Assembly (NCBI GenBank): GCA_029555025.1
Contig: JAKPTZ010000121.1
Span: 7,425 to 71,424 of the forward strand
Direction of reading: 5' to 3'
DNA from: Deltaproteobacteria bacterium
GTDB taxonomy: Bacteria > Myxococcota_A > UBA9042 > DTJE01
DNA: 64,000 nt
Position 1 is the first letter of the stretch, and every line of letters begins with the position of its first letter. Positions 10,162-20,006 of this stretch are shown here, piece after piece. Position numbers and translations under genes: made by a program. The notes below the pieces were generated by a model, which was not told where the DNA came from, ran no database searches, and was given only the letters and a program-made list of their open reading frames with translations.

Positions 10162-11232
10162 ATGCAGATGGCCAAGGAACCCAGGGATACGAAGCTGAAG
10201 GTCGGCGAAACCGCCGAGCAGAGGGAACGCAATATCGAGGTCGCGGTAGCGACAATCGAGCGTCAGTTCGGAAAGGGCAGCATAATGCGCATGGCCGGTG
10301 ACGCAAGCACGGTCGGCAGGGTTCCCGTCATCAGTTCCGGGTCGCTCGGGTTGAACATCGCGCTGGGCATCGGCGGTTACCCGAAGGGACGAATCGTTGA
10401 AATCTATGGCCAGGAATCCTCCGGAAAGACGACTTTGACGCTGCTGGCCATCGCCGAATGTCAGCGGGCGGGCGGCCTGGCCGTGTTCATCGACGCCGAG
10501 CACGCGCTTGACGTCAATTACGCAAGGAAGCTTGGAATATCGGTCGAGGATCTTCTCCTGGCACAGCCGGACACCGGCGAGCAGGCGCTTGAAATCGCCG
10601 AGACCCTTGTCCGCACCAACGCCGTTGATCTTGTCGTCATCGATTCGGTCGCGGCCCTGGTGCCGAAGGCCGAGCTTGAAGGCGAGATGGGCGATTCGCA
10701 CGTGGGTCTTCAGGCCAGGCTGATGAGTCAGGCTCTCCGCAAGCTGGCCGGGGTTCTTTCCAAGTCGAACACGTGCATGATTTTTATCAATCAGATTCGA
10801 ATGAAGATCGGCGTCATGTACGGCAATCCGGAAACGACGACCGGCGGCAACGCACTGAAGTTCTATGCTTCGATTCGCCTGGACGTCCGCCGCGGACAGG
10901 CCGTCAAGGAAGCCGATGGCCAGACGACGACCGGCTCCAGGGTCAAGGTCAAGGTGGTCAAGAACAAGATGGCACCGCCATTCCGCGAGGCAGAGTTCGA
11001 CCTGATGTACGGCGAAGGCGTCAACAGGCTTGGGGAACTGGTCGATCTGGCGGGCCAGATCGGGGTGCTTGAAAAGAGCGGTTCCTGGTATTCGTATGCC
11101 GGCAAGAGGCTGGGTCAGGGACGCGAGCAGGCGATGGCCTTCCTGAAGGACAACGCCGATGATCTCGCGGCCGTTACCCGCGACGTTTATTCGAAGTTCG
11201 GGATTACGGTGGACGATACGCCCGCCGCGTGA
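10162..11232 (+). CDS. recA: Recombinase A
   Basis: Full-length RecA: Walker A 'GQESSGKTT', L1/L2 loops. GGAGGA RBS before ATG CAG ATG. Confidence 0.95.
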   Translation: MQMAKEPRDTKLKVGETAEQRERNIEVAVATIERQFGKGSIMRMAGDASTVGRVPVISSGSLGLNIALGIGGYPKGRIVEIYGQESSGKTTLTLLAIAECQRAGGLAVFIDAEHALDVNYARKLGISVEDLLLAQPDTGEQALEIAETLVRTNAVDLVVIDSVAALVPKAELEGEMGDSHVGLQARLMSQALRKLAGVLSKSNTCMIFINQIRMKIGVMYGNPETTTGGNALKFYASIRLDVRRGQAVKEADGQTTTGSRVKVKVVKNKMAPPFREAEFDLMYGEGVNRLGELVDLAGQIGVLEKSGSWYSYAGKRLGQGREQAMAFLKDNADDLAAVTRDVYSKFGITVDDTPAA

Positions 11233-11268
11233 CGGGGCCATTTCCGGACCCGGTGACAAGAGGAAAAA

Positions 11269-13890
11269 GTGAAATCCGCAGAAATACGCCAGAAGTTTCT
11301 TCAATTCTTCGAGGAGCGCGGCCATCGCATCGTGGCAAGCCATGGACTGATTCCACCGGCAGATCCGACGCTTCTCTTCGTCAACGCCGGCATGGTGCAG
11401 TTCAAGGACGTTTTCGCCGGCTATCGCGATCCCGGATACCGTAGGGCCACGACAACCCAGAAGTGCCTGCGCGTGAGCGGGAAGCACAACGATCTCGACG
11501 AAGTCGGGCGCACTCCCAGGCACCACACCTTCTTCGAGATGCTCGGAAATTTTTCGTTCGGCGACTATTTCAAACGTGACGCCATCGTCTATGCCTGGGA
11601 TCTGCTGACCAAGGTTTACGGACTTGATCCCGCCGACCTGTGGGTAACCGTTCATCCGGACGACGACGAGGCCCGTCAGCTCTGGATTACCCAGGCGGGC
11701 GTTGCCCCCGACAGGATCATCGCCGATCCGGATGATTTCTGGTCAATGGGCGACACTGGTCCATGCGGCCCATGCAGCGAGATTTACGTTGATCGGGGGC
11801 CTTCCTATTCCGGGACTTCGATGCACGATCAGGGACACAGGTTCATGGAGATCTGGAACCTGGTGTTCATGCAGTTCAACAGGGACGAAGCCGGCGTCCT
11901 TCATCCTCTTCCCGCGCCTTCCATCGACACCGGAATGGGGCTGGAACGAATCGCATCGGTTCTTCAGGGCGTAAGGACCAACTACGACACCGATCTGCTG
12001 ATGCCTCTCATCGAGCGCGCGGCGGCCGCCGCCGGCATCAGGTACGGCCAGGATCCCGATAACGACACGGCGCTGCGGGTCATCGCGGATCATGCCCGCG
12101 CCACCGCTTTTCTCATCTCCGACGGGGTGTTCCCCGAAAACGAGGGGCGTGGATACGTGCTTCGTCGCCTGATGCGCCGGGCGCTCCGGTTCGGCCACAA
12201 GCTCGGTTTCCGCGGCCCGTTTTTCACAGACATCGTTTTGTTCGTATCGACTGTCATGGGATCTGCCTGGCCCGAGCTTCAGCGCGACGCCGACGTAATT
12301 GCCAGGATCGCGGGCCAGGAAGAGGAACGCTTCCTGAAGACGCTTTCCTCCGGGATGGAACTGCTTGATGCCGCCGTCAGGAGGGCCAGGGAAGAAGGTC
12401 GCGCCCGCATTGACGGACAGACGGTCTTCACGCTTTATGACACGCACGGATTCCCGGTTGATCTTACCGAGGTCGTCGCGGAAGAAAACGGCATGGGTAT
12501 CGATCGCGACGGTTTCAATGCCTTGATGGAGGAGCAGAGGGCCCGCGGTCGTGCGTCATGGAAGACTCACGATGCGTCCTGGGGCGGAATCGCCGAGCAT
12601 TGCAGGGTCAACGCGATTAAGAGCGAGTTTGTCGGTTACGACTATGACGAGGCCGCCGGAAATCCGGTTTCCTCGGTTGTCGCGGCAATCTTTGTCGATG
12701 GTTCGTCGGTGGAGTCCGCGTCGGCCGGGGCCGATGCGGTCGTCGTGTGCCGCCGGACGCCGTTTTACGCCGAGTCCGGTGGACAGGTCGGCGACACCGG
12801 CACCATTTCGGGGGAAGGGTACCTGTTCCGGGTTTCCGATACCAGGAAGCAGGGCGACGATTGTTTCATGCATGTCGGCAAGGTTGAGTCCGGCGTCCTG
12901 AAGGTCGGGCACGAAGCCGGCCTCGTGGTCAACAGGGCCAGGCTGGACACGAGGCGGAATCACAGCACCACCCACCTGCTGCACAGGGCTCTCAGGCAGG
13001 TTCTGGGAACGCATGTCCGCCAGAGGGGATCCCAGGTGTCGCCGGAACGCCTGCGTTTCGACTTCTCGCACATGGCGCCGATGACCAGGCAGGAAATCGA
13101 GCAGGTGGAGAAGCTTGTCCAGGGCTGGATTTTCGACGATCTGCCGATTGTCACGCGAGAGATGCCGATCGAGGCCGCCATTGCCGAAGGCGCCCTTCAC
13201 TTCTTCGAAGACAAGTACGGCGAAAGCGTCCGCATGGTGAGGATGGGCGATTCGGTTGAACTGTGCGGTGGCACACACGCCGCGAGGACGTCCGCCATCG
13301 GTCTGTTCAAGATTGTTTCCGAGGGAGGAATTTCGGCTGGAGTCCGTCGCATCGAGGCACTGACCGGATCGGCGGCGGTCGCATGGTTCAGGGAGCGGGA
13401 CAGGATGCTTGCCGAGGCGTCCGAAGTCCTTCGCTGCGATGGATCACAGGTTGCCGAAAAGGCTTCCCGTCTTGTCGATACCGAGAAGTCGCTTCGCAAG
13501 GAACTGGCAGACCTGAAGGTCAAAGTCGCCGCCGCGGGCTCGTCCGGGGGCGATGCCGGCAGGATTGTCGAACTTGGCGGCATCAAGGTGATGGTCGTGC
13601 CCGCCGATGGCATGGATCGGAAAGGGTTGCGGGAACTTGCGGACGTGATGCGCGACAGGGTCGGTTCCGGCATGGTTCTGATCACCGTGGCGGAAGGTGC
13701 GAAGATGTCGGTGGTTCTTGCGGTATCGGCCGATTTGCAGAAGGAAAGGCCGGCCGGAACAACGCTGAACCAGGTGCTTGCCGGAATCGGCGGAAGGGGT
13801 GGTGGCTCCCCTTCGCTTGCACAGGGTTCGGTCGATACTCCGGCGGATCGGGGCGTGATACTTGACGCCCTCGCCAAAGCCCTTCAATAA
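11269..13890 (+). CDS. alaS: Alanine--tRNA ligase
   Basis: 873 aa with class II AlaRS motifs (FFEERGH, HHTFFEMLGNFSFGDYFK). GTG start after AGAGGAAAAA. Confidence 0.95.
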   Translation: MKSAEIRQKFLQFFEERGHRIVASHGLIPPADPTLLFVNAGMVQFKDVFAGYRDPGYRRATTTQKCLRVSGKHNDLDEVGRTPRHHTFFEMLGNFSFGDYFKRDAIVYAWDLLTKVYGLDPADLWVTVHPDDDEARQLWITQAGVAPDRIIADPDDFWSMGDTGPCGPCSEIYVDRGPSYSGTSMHDQGHRFMEIWNLVFMQFNRDEAGVLHPLPAPSIDTGMGLERIASVLQGVRTNYDTDLLMPLIERAAAAAGIRYGQDPDNDTALRVIADHARATAFLISDGVFPENEGRGYVLRRLMRRALRFGHKLGFRGPFFTDIVLFVSTVMGSAWPELQRDADVIARIAGQEEERFLKTLSSGMELLDAAVRRAREEGRARIDGQTVFTLYDTHGFPVDLTEVVAEENGMGIDRDGFNALMEEQRARGRASWKTHDASWGGIAEHCRVNAIKSEFVGYDYDEAAGNPVSSVVAAIFVDGSSVESASAGADAVVVCRRTPFYAESGGQVGDTGTISGEGYLFRVSDTRKQGDDCFMHVGKVESGVLKVGHEAGLVVNRARLDTRRNHSTTHLLHRALRQVLGTHVRQRGSQVSPERLRFDFSHMAPMTRQEIEQVEKLVQGWIFDDLPIVTREMPIEAAIAEGALHFFEDKYGESVRMVRMGDSVELCGGTHAARTSAIGLFKIVSEGGISAGVRRIEALTGSAAVAWFRERDRMLAEASEVLRCDGSQVAEKASRLVDTEKSLRKELADLKVKVAAAGSSGGDAGRIVELGGIKVMVVPADGMDRKGLRELADVMRDRVGSGMVLITVAEGAKMSVVLAVSADLQKERPAGTTLNQVLAGIGGRGGGSPSLAQGSVDTPADRGVILDALAKALQ

Positions 13891-13924
13891 TACTTAACCG
13901 TTTGATTGCCGCAGGAGGCTTCAG

Positions 13925-14521
13925 ATGTCCCGCAGGAAGTCCGACAAGGTTGATGATCTGGCGATTGGCCTGATGGACAGGCATTCGCATGTTCCGACAG
14001 GCGAGGAGCAGCTTGAGCGATACGCGACGATGTATCTTGGCCGTCCCGTCGGCTATGAGCATGCCGTCGAGGTTGTTGAGGAAGCGGCCCCGGCCGAAGC
14101 CTTCGAGCCGCAGTTCGAGCAGCCGATCGATATTCCGGTCGCCGCGGAAATGGATGCCGGCGTGGCCGCGTCTTATGAAGATGTTGACAACGACTACGAC
14201 AGGCCTGGCGCGACCGTGGTCTTCGATGCGATGGACGTCCCGGCGGCGGATTCCGACTGGGATTCGAATCCAGCGGACCAGGTTGAACCGGCACCAGAGC
14301 CGGCGGACGCCTCGATGGAGGCGACGATGACCTTCGAGGCCGCGGAACTTGCCGACGCGCCCCAGGTCGAGTTTGACCCCGAGGGCGAAAACAGCACAGT
14401 CATGCTTGACGCCCTTGACGATCAGGAAGATGAAGGCGAAGGGGATGCCCAGCCTTCCGAAGGCGGTGAAGCCGGCGGCGAGGGCGCGGCCAGGCGCAGG
14501 AAGAAGCGTCGCCATCGCTGA
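13925..14521 (+). CDS. Hypothetical highly acidic protein with a C-terminal poly-basic tail (RRRKKRRHR)
   Basis: GGAGG RBS, then 198 aa rich in D/E/A/P ending in a basic tail. No recognisable domain. Confidence 0.45.
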   Translation: MSRRKSDKVDDLAIGLMDRHSHVPTGEEQLERYATMYLGRPVGYEHAVEVVEEAAPAEAFEPQFEQPIDIPVAAEMDAGVAASYEDVDNDYDRPGATVVFDAMDVPAADSDWDSNPADQVEPAPEPADASMEATMTFEAAELADAPQVEFDPEGENSTVMLDALDDQEDEGEGDAQPSEGGEAGGEGAARRRKKRRHR

Positions 14522-14542
14522 GTGATTCCGCGCGGGAAAGTG

Positions 14543-17500
14543 TCAGAGTCCGCTCGCAAGCAGCGTCGTCACCGTCTGGGTTGACCACGAACTCCACTGA
14601 CTTGAATACATCGCGGTCGTGTCGAAGTTGTCGATGTCGAATCGACCGGCATTGACCGCATAAGCCTTAATGAAGGCGGTTCCGGGCTTGACCGCCTGAA
14701 TTGGCATTCCAGACGCGCCGGCCAGATCGGGCAGTACCAGCCGCCTGACGCTTCCGTCAATCGTCAGGGTCCACCTGCCGGTCTCCCCGCTCGTATAAAC
14801 CCGCATGAAAAAGAACGATGGCTGGGGCAGCGGATCGATGGTCCATTCAATCGTCCTGTCCTGCCAGATCCATCGGGAGGGAGGGCTGTCGAAATCGACG
14901 ATCTGAGCGAAAGGACCGGTCATGACGGCGTTCAGGTCGAACGCCAGGATGTTCGAATATCCGGTGGCATCCGCGGAACCGACCGGAACAAGAGCAGCCG
15001 ATACAATCGGCTGGTTTTCCGGCTGTCTGATTGTCGTGATCGATGCGTCCGACACCCGGATCAGGATTCCGCGAGTTCCGCCCGCGACAAGTTCGGAACC
15101 GCCATCAACAAGGGCCGTTGTCAGGTCGTCGAGAATGCCGGTGGGGATAGGCTTCAGGTCTGCCGCATCGGTGCCATGCAGGATTGTGCCACCCTGGCCG
15201 ACCGCGAAAACCCGTTCCGGGGACACTGCCACCGCGATGAGATCCTTGCCGGTGATCGGATTGAGCGCCGTTGCCGTGGTGCCGTCGGCCCGGACGACCA
15301 TGCCCCGCTTGCCCACCGCGACCATTCCACCCTGGCCGGCAGCCATTGCGCTGAGTTCGACAGGCACGTCGAGCGCCAGTTCCCGCCAGCCGCCGTCAGA
15401 TGACTTCGAGTGGATCGTTTTTCCATCCGAAACCCAGACTGTTCCGTCATCGCCGCGCGCAATCAATGACAGATCCATCAGCCGGGTGCCGATTCTTTCC
15501 GGCACCTGTTCGTGAGTGACCAGGTCAAACGACCAGACAAGCGACCCACCGGCGGCAAAAAGCACCTTTCGGTCGGGTTCGAAGGCACATGCCCGGATGT
15601 CGCCTCCACCCACAAGCGGAAGCGCGCGGATGCCGCCCAGGTTGTCGATTTCCCATGCGTTTCCACGGGCGTCGACAACTATTCCGGATTCGTTCCCGTA
15701 ACATGCCGCCATCGCATCAAGGCGGTACTTCAGGGAAAGGCTTTCGGCTGAAAGCCGGTTGACGGCGGTCACAGGCGGGTTTTCCGGGACGAACCGCATC
15801 GTTTGAACCGTCGAGTACGGATCCGAATTGGAAACCGGTGACGCCGCCTCGGTCCTGACAAGAAATTCCGAGTCGGCCAACTGGTCGCCCATTTCGCGCG
15901 GAAGTCCTGTGAACGTGAAGACGCGGCCGTCGGGAATCGATATCGGGTGCCACAGGTTCAGGTACCCGTCGGAACCGAGCCTGAGCGAGAGCGTGGCTGA
16001 GTGGTTGCCGGTTCCGGAAGAAGAACCGGGCGCGGAAATCATCGATGTCGTCAGGGTCCGATCCAGCGGGATTGACAGACGGACCTCGTTTCCGGAACTG
16101 ATCGCCGACGACGTGACCTGCACGTGACGTTTCACGCCCAGCAGCGTCGGGACGAATTTCCCGTCGACCCTGTTCCTGTAACCGCCGACGCATGTGACAG
16201 CAACGTCCCCCAGCCTCGAGTTGATGGCGAAGAATCCCCTGTCGTCGGGCACGGCGCCAGGTCCGTACTTCTCCGCCCAGCGGGTCGTGCTGGAGTCTGC
16301 CGTCGCGCATCTGATTTCGGTTCTGCCCTTCAGCGGGGTGCAGAAGTGATGTTCGTCGCCGGTGGAACCGCAGGTGTAAAGATCCGGACAATCCATGCTC
16401 GTGTCGCATGACTTCGAGCATGTCAGTGCGGTGATGCCGGACATCACGCAGAAGTATCCCTGTCCGCAATCCCCGTCTGTCCGGCATGGTCTGCACAGCG
16501 CCCCGTCGGTGAGAGGAACCCCGGCGCAGGAAGAATGCGGTGCGCGGAATTCCTTGTCGATTCCTGTGACCTGGCCCGTGATTATTCCGGGGTTCGGGGG
16601 AAAGACCGTTTCGCCGCCACCCCCGTTTCCCGTGTCCGGGATTTCCCGGATCAGGGGTTCGATGAAGAAGGTAATGTTCTCCGCGCTGGTGCCGACCAGG
16701 CTGTTGGTCGTGTAGTCAATCCGGGATGCGGTCGCCATGACCGGCCCGGTCAGGCCCCTTGTCGAAAGGGTTGCCATGCCCCTGGCGTCCGTGAAGCCTT
16801 TCAGCGGCGTCCACGGATCCTGGCCAAGCATGACGAATGCGCCAGGAACCGGCTTGTCGGTATATACGTCAAGCACCGTGATGTTGACCGCGCCGGCGAT
16901 CGGGCGCCCCCACGCGCCGCCCAGGAAGCTGGTCGGGTCGAAGTAATTGAAGGGGTATGAAAGCCTTTCACGGATTCCGTCGGGAGTGACCGCGAAAACT
17001 TCGGCCGGCCCGGCTTCGTCGGCAGGTGGAGTCCTGATGGCGATTCTGCCGGGATCGGCGCCGTCAAGGATTTCGGCCTCGGCGCCCCCGATGAAAATCC
17101 GGGTTCCTGGCCTGAGTCCCCGGCCGGTCACCCATGCGAAAGTGCCGCCCGCCAGGGATCCGCGATCCGGGCTGACCGCCAGTATTGAAGCGCGCCGGGC
17201 CGAGCACGTGAGAGCCCCCTTCGAGACGATCTGCCGTCCGTCGGCAAGCAGTACCGAAACGTCGAACACGCCGGCTTCCAGGTCGGGCAGCTCGAAACGG
17301 ATTTCGTCGTCTGAAGGCGGGCCGGTCATGACCGCCAGAACCGGCCCGATGCCGACCTGAACGGCGCCTGCCAGGCCGGAGCCCAGAATCGACGCGGTCG
17401 TGTCGCCACCGGGAATGCATTCAGCAGGATTAACGGAAGAAATGGATGCGGGGCCAAGGAAGGTGAATGCCTTCGATGCGATGGCGGTTCCGGACGGCGT

Positions 17501-18727
17501 CTGCAAGGCAACATCGACGGTGCCTGGACTTCCCTGGGGAATGATGAAGCGAATCGTCGTGGCATCGGGAATTGACGTGACCACGGCCGGGGTGTCCCCG
17601 AGGGTCAGGGAGATCCGGGCAGGTTCATCCACGTCCAGTCCCGTGACGTGAATGGTTCCGACGATTCCGGAGGTCGCGTCGGCCGCTTTCGGAATCACCG
17701 AACGGATTTTCAGGCCGTCCGATTGAAGATCCGCCGGATCCAGCGCCACAAGGCACGACGGCAGTTCGGTCACCCCCCACGGACCTCCGACGGTTACATC
17801 GACGGAGCCGGGCGCCGCGTCGATTCCAAGAAACGCCCGTATTTCAAGCCCCCGGTCGATAACGGATGACCCCAGGACGGAACCTTGCGACAGAAGGATT
17901 GAGTCGGCCGCGTCGAGCCCGGAGCCCTCCACGCGGAACGTTACGTTTCCGTCGCCGTCTGATCCAAGGCGACTGATCACGCCCGGGCTGCATCCCGATA
18001 CCCTGGGCTCGGAAACGTATGAAAAACCGCCGGGCAGCCGCCCCGAAGCGCCACCCGAAATCACTAGAACCTCGACCGGTCCCGGGTCGCCGTGCGGCGT
18101 CACGGCAAGGACTGTCGAATCGTCCAGCCGGTGAACCTTCAACGCGTGGCGTCCGTCGATTATCACGTTGCAGTCCGGCGCGAAGCCATGACCGGTGATA
18201 ATGACCGGGGTGCCGCCCGAAACCGGCCCGGACGGCGGCGATATTGAAGCGACGGCCGTATCCGCCTGATACATGAATCCAGGTCTCAGAACCGTTTTCT
18301 TTGCGTCAGGTCGGACGATGAAGACGTCAACCGTCTCGGAGTACCCGCTTCCGCCGGGCGTGGAAGTTCTGATGGAGGTATCGCTTTCAACAATGGTTTC
18401 GACACCTTCGACGGTACCGAAGAACACCCTGGATCCCAGGTCGAAACCGCGTCCCTCAATATGAACCCTGGTTCCACCGGATGCCGGCCCGGATGACGGC
18501 TCCATGCGTTCGATGATGAAAGCCGAAGTCCCGTCGTCGTTTCCGGCCCAGTCGTCCGGCGGGTCGAACGGGTTGTCGTGCAGCGTGATGTCAGGGATGT
18601 CGAAGTCCGGGTAAAACGAAGAGATGTCGCAACCGGGAAGCACGGCGGTCAACAGGACAAGGCTCGCCACCAGGCCGGCCGTTTCCGGAAAGTGTGTCCA
18701 TTCGTGACGGTTTGCCGGCCGCTTCAA
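14543..18727 (-). CDS. Giant IPT/TIG-repeat lipoprotein with a Cys-rich module and a C-terminal beta-propeller-like region
   Basis: LPGC lipobox signal and multiple 'SPxSGPxSGGTxVxIxGxGF' IPT/TIG repeats. Cys-rich block (CRPCRTDGDCGQGYFC...). TTG start 5 nt after GGAGG. Confidence 0.65.
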   Translation of the reverse strand: MKRPANRHEWTHFPETAGLVASLVLLTAVLPGCDISSFYPDFDIPDITLHDNPFDPPDDWAGNDDGTSAFIIERMEPSSGPASGGTRVHIEGRGFDLGSRVFFGTVEGVETIVESDTSIRTSTPGGSGYSETVDVFIVRPDAKKTVLRPGFMYQADTAVASISPPSGPVSGGTPVIITGHGFAPDCNVIIDGRHALKVHRLDDSTVLAVTPHGDPGPVEVLVISGGASGRLPGGFSYVSEPRVSGCSPGVISRLGSDGDGNVTFRVEGSGLDAADSILLSQGSVLGSSVIDRGLEIRAFLGIDAAPGSVDVTVGGPWGVTELPSCLVALDPADLQSDGLKIRSVIPKAADATSGIVGTIHVTGLDVDEPARISLTLGDTPAVVTSIPDATTIRFIIPQGSPGTVDVALQTPSGTAIASKAFTFLGPASISSVNPAECIPGGDTTASILGSGLAGAVQVGIGPVLAVMTGPPSDDEIRFELPDLEAGVFDVSVLLADGRQIVSKGALTCSARRASILAVSPDRGSLAGGTFAWVTGRGLRPGTRIFIGGAEAEILDGADPGRIAIRTPPADEAGPAEVFAVTPDGIRERLSYPFNYFDPTSFLGGAWGRPIAGAVNITVLDVYTDKPVPGAFVMLGQDPWTPLKGFTDARGMATLSTRGLTGPVMATASRIDYTTNSLVGTSAENITFFIEPLIREIPDTGNGGGGETVFPPNPGIITGQVTGIDKEFRAPHSSCAGVPLTDGALCRPCRTDGDCGQGYFCVMSGITALTCSKSCDTSMDCPDLYTCGSTGDEHHFCTPLKGRTEIRCATADSSTTRWAEKYGPGAVPDDRGFFAINSRLGDVAVTCVGGYRNRVDGKFVPTLLGVKRHVQVTSSAISSGNEVRLSIPLDRTLTTSMISAPGSSSGTGNHSATLSLRLGSDGYLNLWHPISIPDGRVFTFTGLPREMGDQLADSEFLVRTEAASPVSNSDPYSTVQTMRFVPENPPVTAVNRLSAESLSLKYRLDAMAACYGNESGIVVDARGNAWEIDNLGGIRALPLVGGGDIRACAFEPDRKVLFAAGGSLVWSFDLVTHEQVPERIGTRLMDLSLIARGDDGTVWVSDGKTIHSKSSDGGWRELALDVPVELSAMAAGQGGMVAVGKRGMVVRADGTTATALNPITGKDLIAVAVSPERVFAVGQGGTILHGTDAADLKPIPTGILDDLTTALVDGGSELVAGGTRGILIRVSDASITTIRQPENQPIVSAALVPVGSADATGYSNILAFDLNAVMTGPFAQIVDFDSPPSRWIWQDRTIEWTIDPLPQPSFFFMRVYTSGETGRWTLTIDGSVRRLVLPDLAGASGMPIQAVKPGTAFIKAYAVNAGRFDIDNFDTTAMYSSQWSSWSTQTVTTLLASGL

Positions 18728-18985
18728 GTCGCCTCCGGGTCAGCGGAAGGTGAGTCGCGTACATTATCGGAACTGACGGCCCGCCGGTCAAACAACTTCG
18801 GCTTGTCCGAGCTGTTGGGCCTGCCACAATTGCCCGCCTGCCATTCCCTGATTGTCAAAATGTCATTATCCATGAAGATCGCCGGTCAATCGTGCCTTCT
18901 GCTGCGCATGTCGAATCCGTGCGTCGTCCCCACAACCCGCCGTAATTCAAGGCGCGTGCGGGATACTTGACTGCCGCCGCCGGGA

Positions 18986-19001
18986 TGGTACGCAAATTGC
19001 A
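18986..19001 (+). promoter_or_regulatory. Candidate sigma-54 (-24/-12) promoter upstream of gspC
   Basis: TGGTACGCAAATTGCA matches the TGGCACG-N4-TTGCW consensus with one mismatch and correct GG-N10-GC spacing. It lies ~40 nt upstream of the gspC ATG. Confidence 0.3.
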
Positions 19002-19039
19002 TCCGTCTGACCCGGATTCGTGCCCTGGAGCGGGCTGCA

Positions 19040-19999
19040 ATGCAGGATTTCATTCGAAGACATTTCTGGGCCGTGACGCTCGCGGCAATTGCGGCGGGGT
19101 CATTCCTGACGGCCGGTCTTGTTTCGGAAACACTCGGCGTTGTCTTCCTTGGCAGTCAGTCCGGAGGGGAGGCTTCTTCAGGCGACTCATCCCCGGATCG
19201 TGGTCTTCCCAGGCCGCCGGTGAAGCCGGTTTCGACGACGGCGCTGGTGAGCGCGGCAAGCGAGCGCAACATTTTCAACGCGGAGCCGGAAGTCTTTGCC
19301 GAGGGGGATTTCGAGGAAGGCGACGGATCGGGCGGGCAGTCGGATGCCGGCCCTGCAATCAGCATATCGGTCAAGCTGCTCGGCACCCTTGTTTCCCCGA
19401 ATCCCGAATGGTCCATGGCGACAATCCTCCTGAACAACGAGTCTAAACTGGTGAGGGTTGGAGTTCTTTTGAACGATACGGTGGAGATTGCCGAGATTCA
19501 TCCCAGGTACATCGTCCTGAGGCAGGGTGAAAAATACAGCGTTGTCACCGTCTGGGACGTGGATCAGCCTAAGCAGGCGGTTCGGTCGGATGCGGGGTCG
19601 CAATCCGCGCTTGGTGCCGCCGGGGATCCCGATGCTTCAGGCGGCGACCCGTTTGCGGCCGGAATCCGCAAGAAGGGCCCGAACGACTACCAGATCGACA
19701 AGAACATGCTCGAGGAGCAGCTCCAGGATCTTACAAAGCTGGGCATGCAGGCCAGGATTGTGCCGAACTACGAGGCCGGCAAGTATGCAGGCTTCAGGCT
19801 GGTCGGAATCCGGCCCAACAGTCTTTACAAGGCGATAGGGCTCCAGTCCGGTGACCTTCTTCGGAGGATCAACGGAGAGGAGATTGATACTCCAAACAAG
19901 GCAATTCAGCTGTTCGAACAGCTTCGGAACAGCAATCAGATCGCTGTGGACGTGGTGCGGCGTGGCAAGAAAATCACCATGAATTACAGCATTCAGTGA
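19040..19999 (+). CDS. gspC: Type II secretion system protein C (N-terminal TM, C-terminal PDZ)
   Basis: TM helix, Ser/Gly/Pro linker and PDZ-like C-terminus (GFRLVGIRPNSLYKAIGLQSGDLLRRING). It is the first gene of the gsp cluster. Confidence 0.7.
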   Translation: MQDFIRRHFWAVTLAAIAAGSFLTAGLVSETLGVVFLGSQSGGEASSGDSSPDRGLPRPPVKPVSTTALVSAASERNIFNAEPEVFAEGDFEEGDGSGGQSDAGPAISISVKLLGTLVSPNPEWSMATILLNNESKLVRVGVLLNDTVEIAEIHPRYIVLRQGEKYSVVTVWDVDQPKQAVRSDAGSQSALGAAGDPDASGGDPFAAGIRKKGPNDYQIDKNMLEEQLQDLTKLGMQARIVPNYEAGKYAGFRLVGIRPNSLYKAIGLQSGDLLRRINGEEIDTPNKAIQLFEQLRNSNQIAVDVVRRGKKITMNYSIQ

Positions 20000-20006
20000 G
20001 GCCAAT

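Noticed and set aside
9913-11655. 580-aa ORF on the minus strand covering recA
   Set aside because: Antisense shadow of recA in a high-GC region. Gly/Arg/Ala-rich translation with no start context or family resemblance.
12556-13278. Several ORFs of 200-240 aa antisense to alaS
   Set aside because: Lie inside the alanyl-tRNA synthetase gene on the opposite strand.
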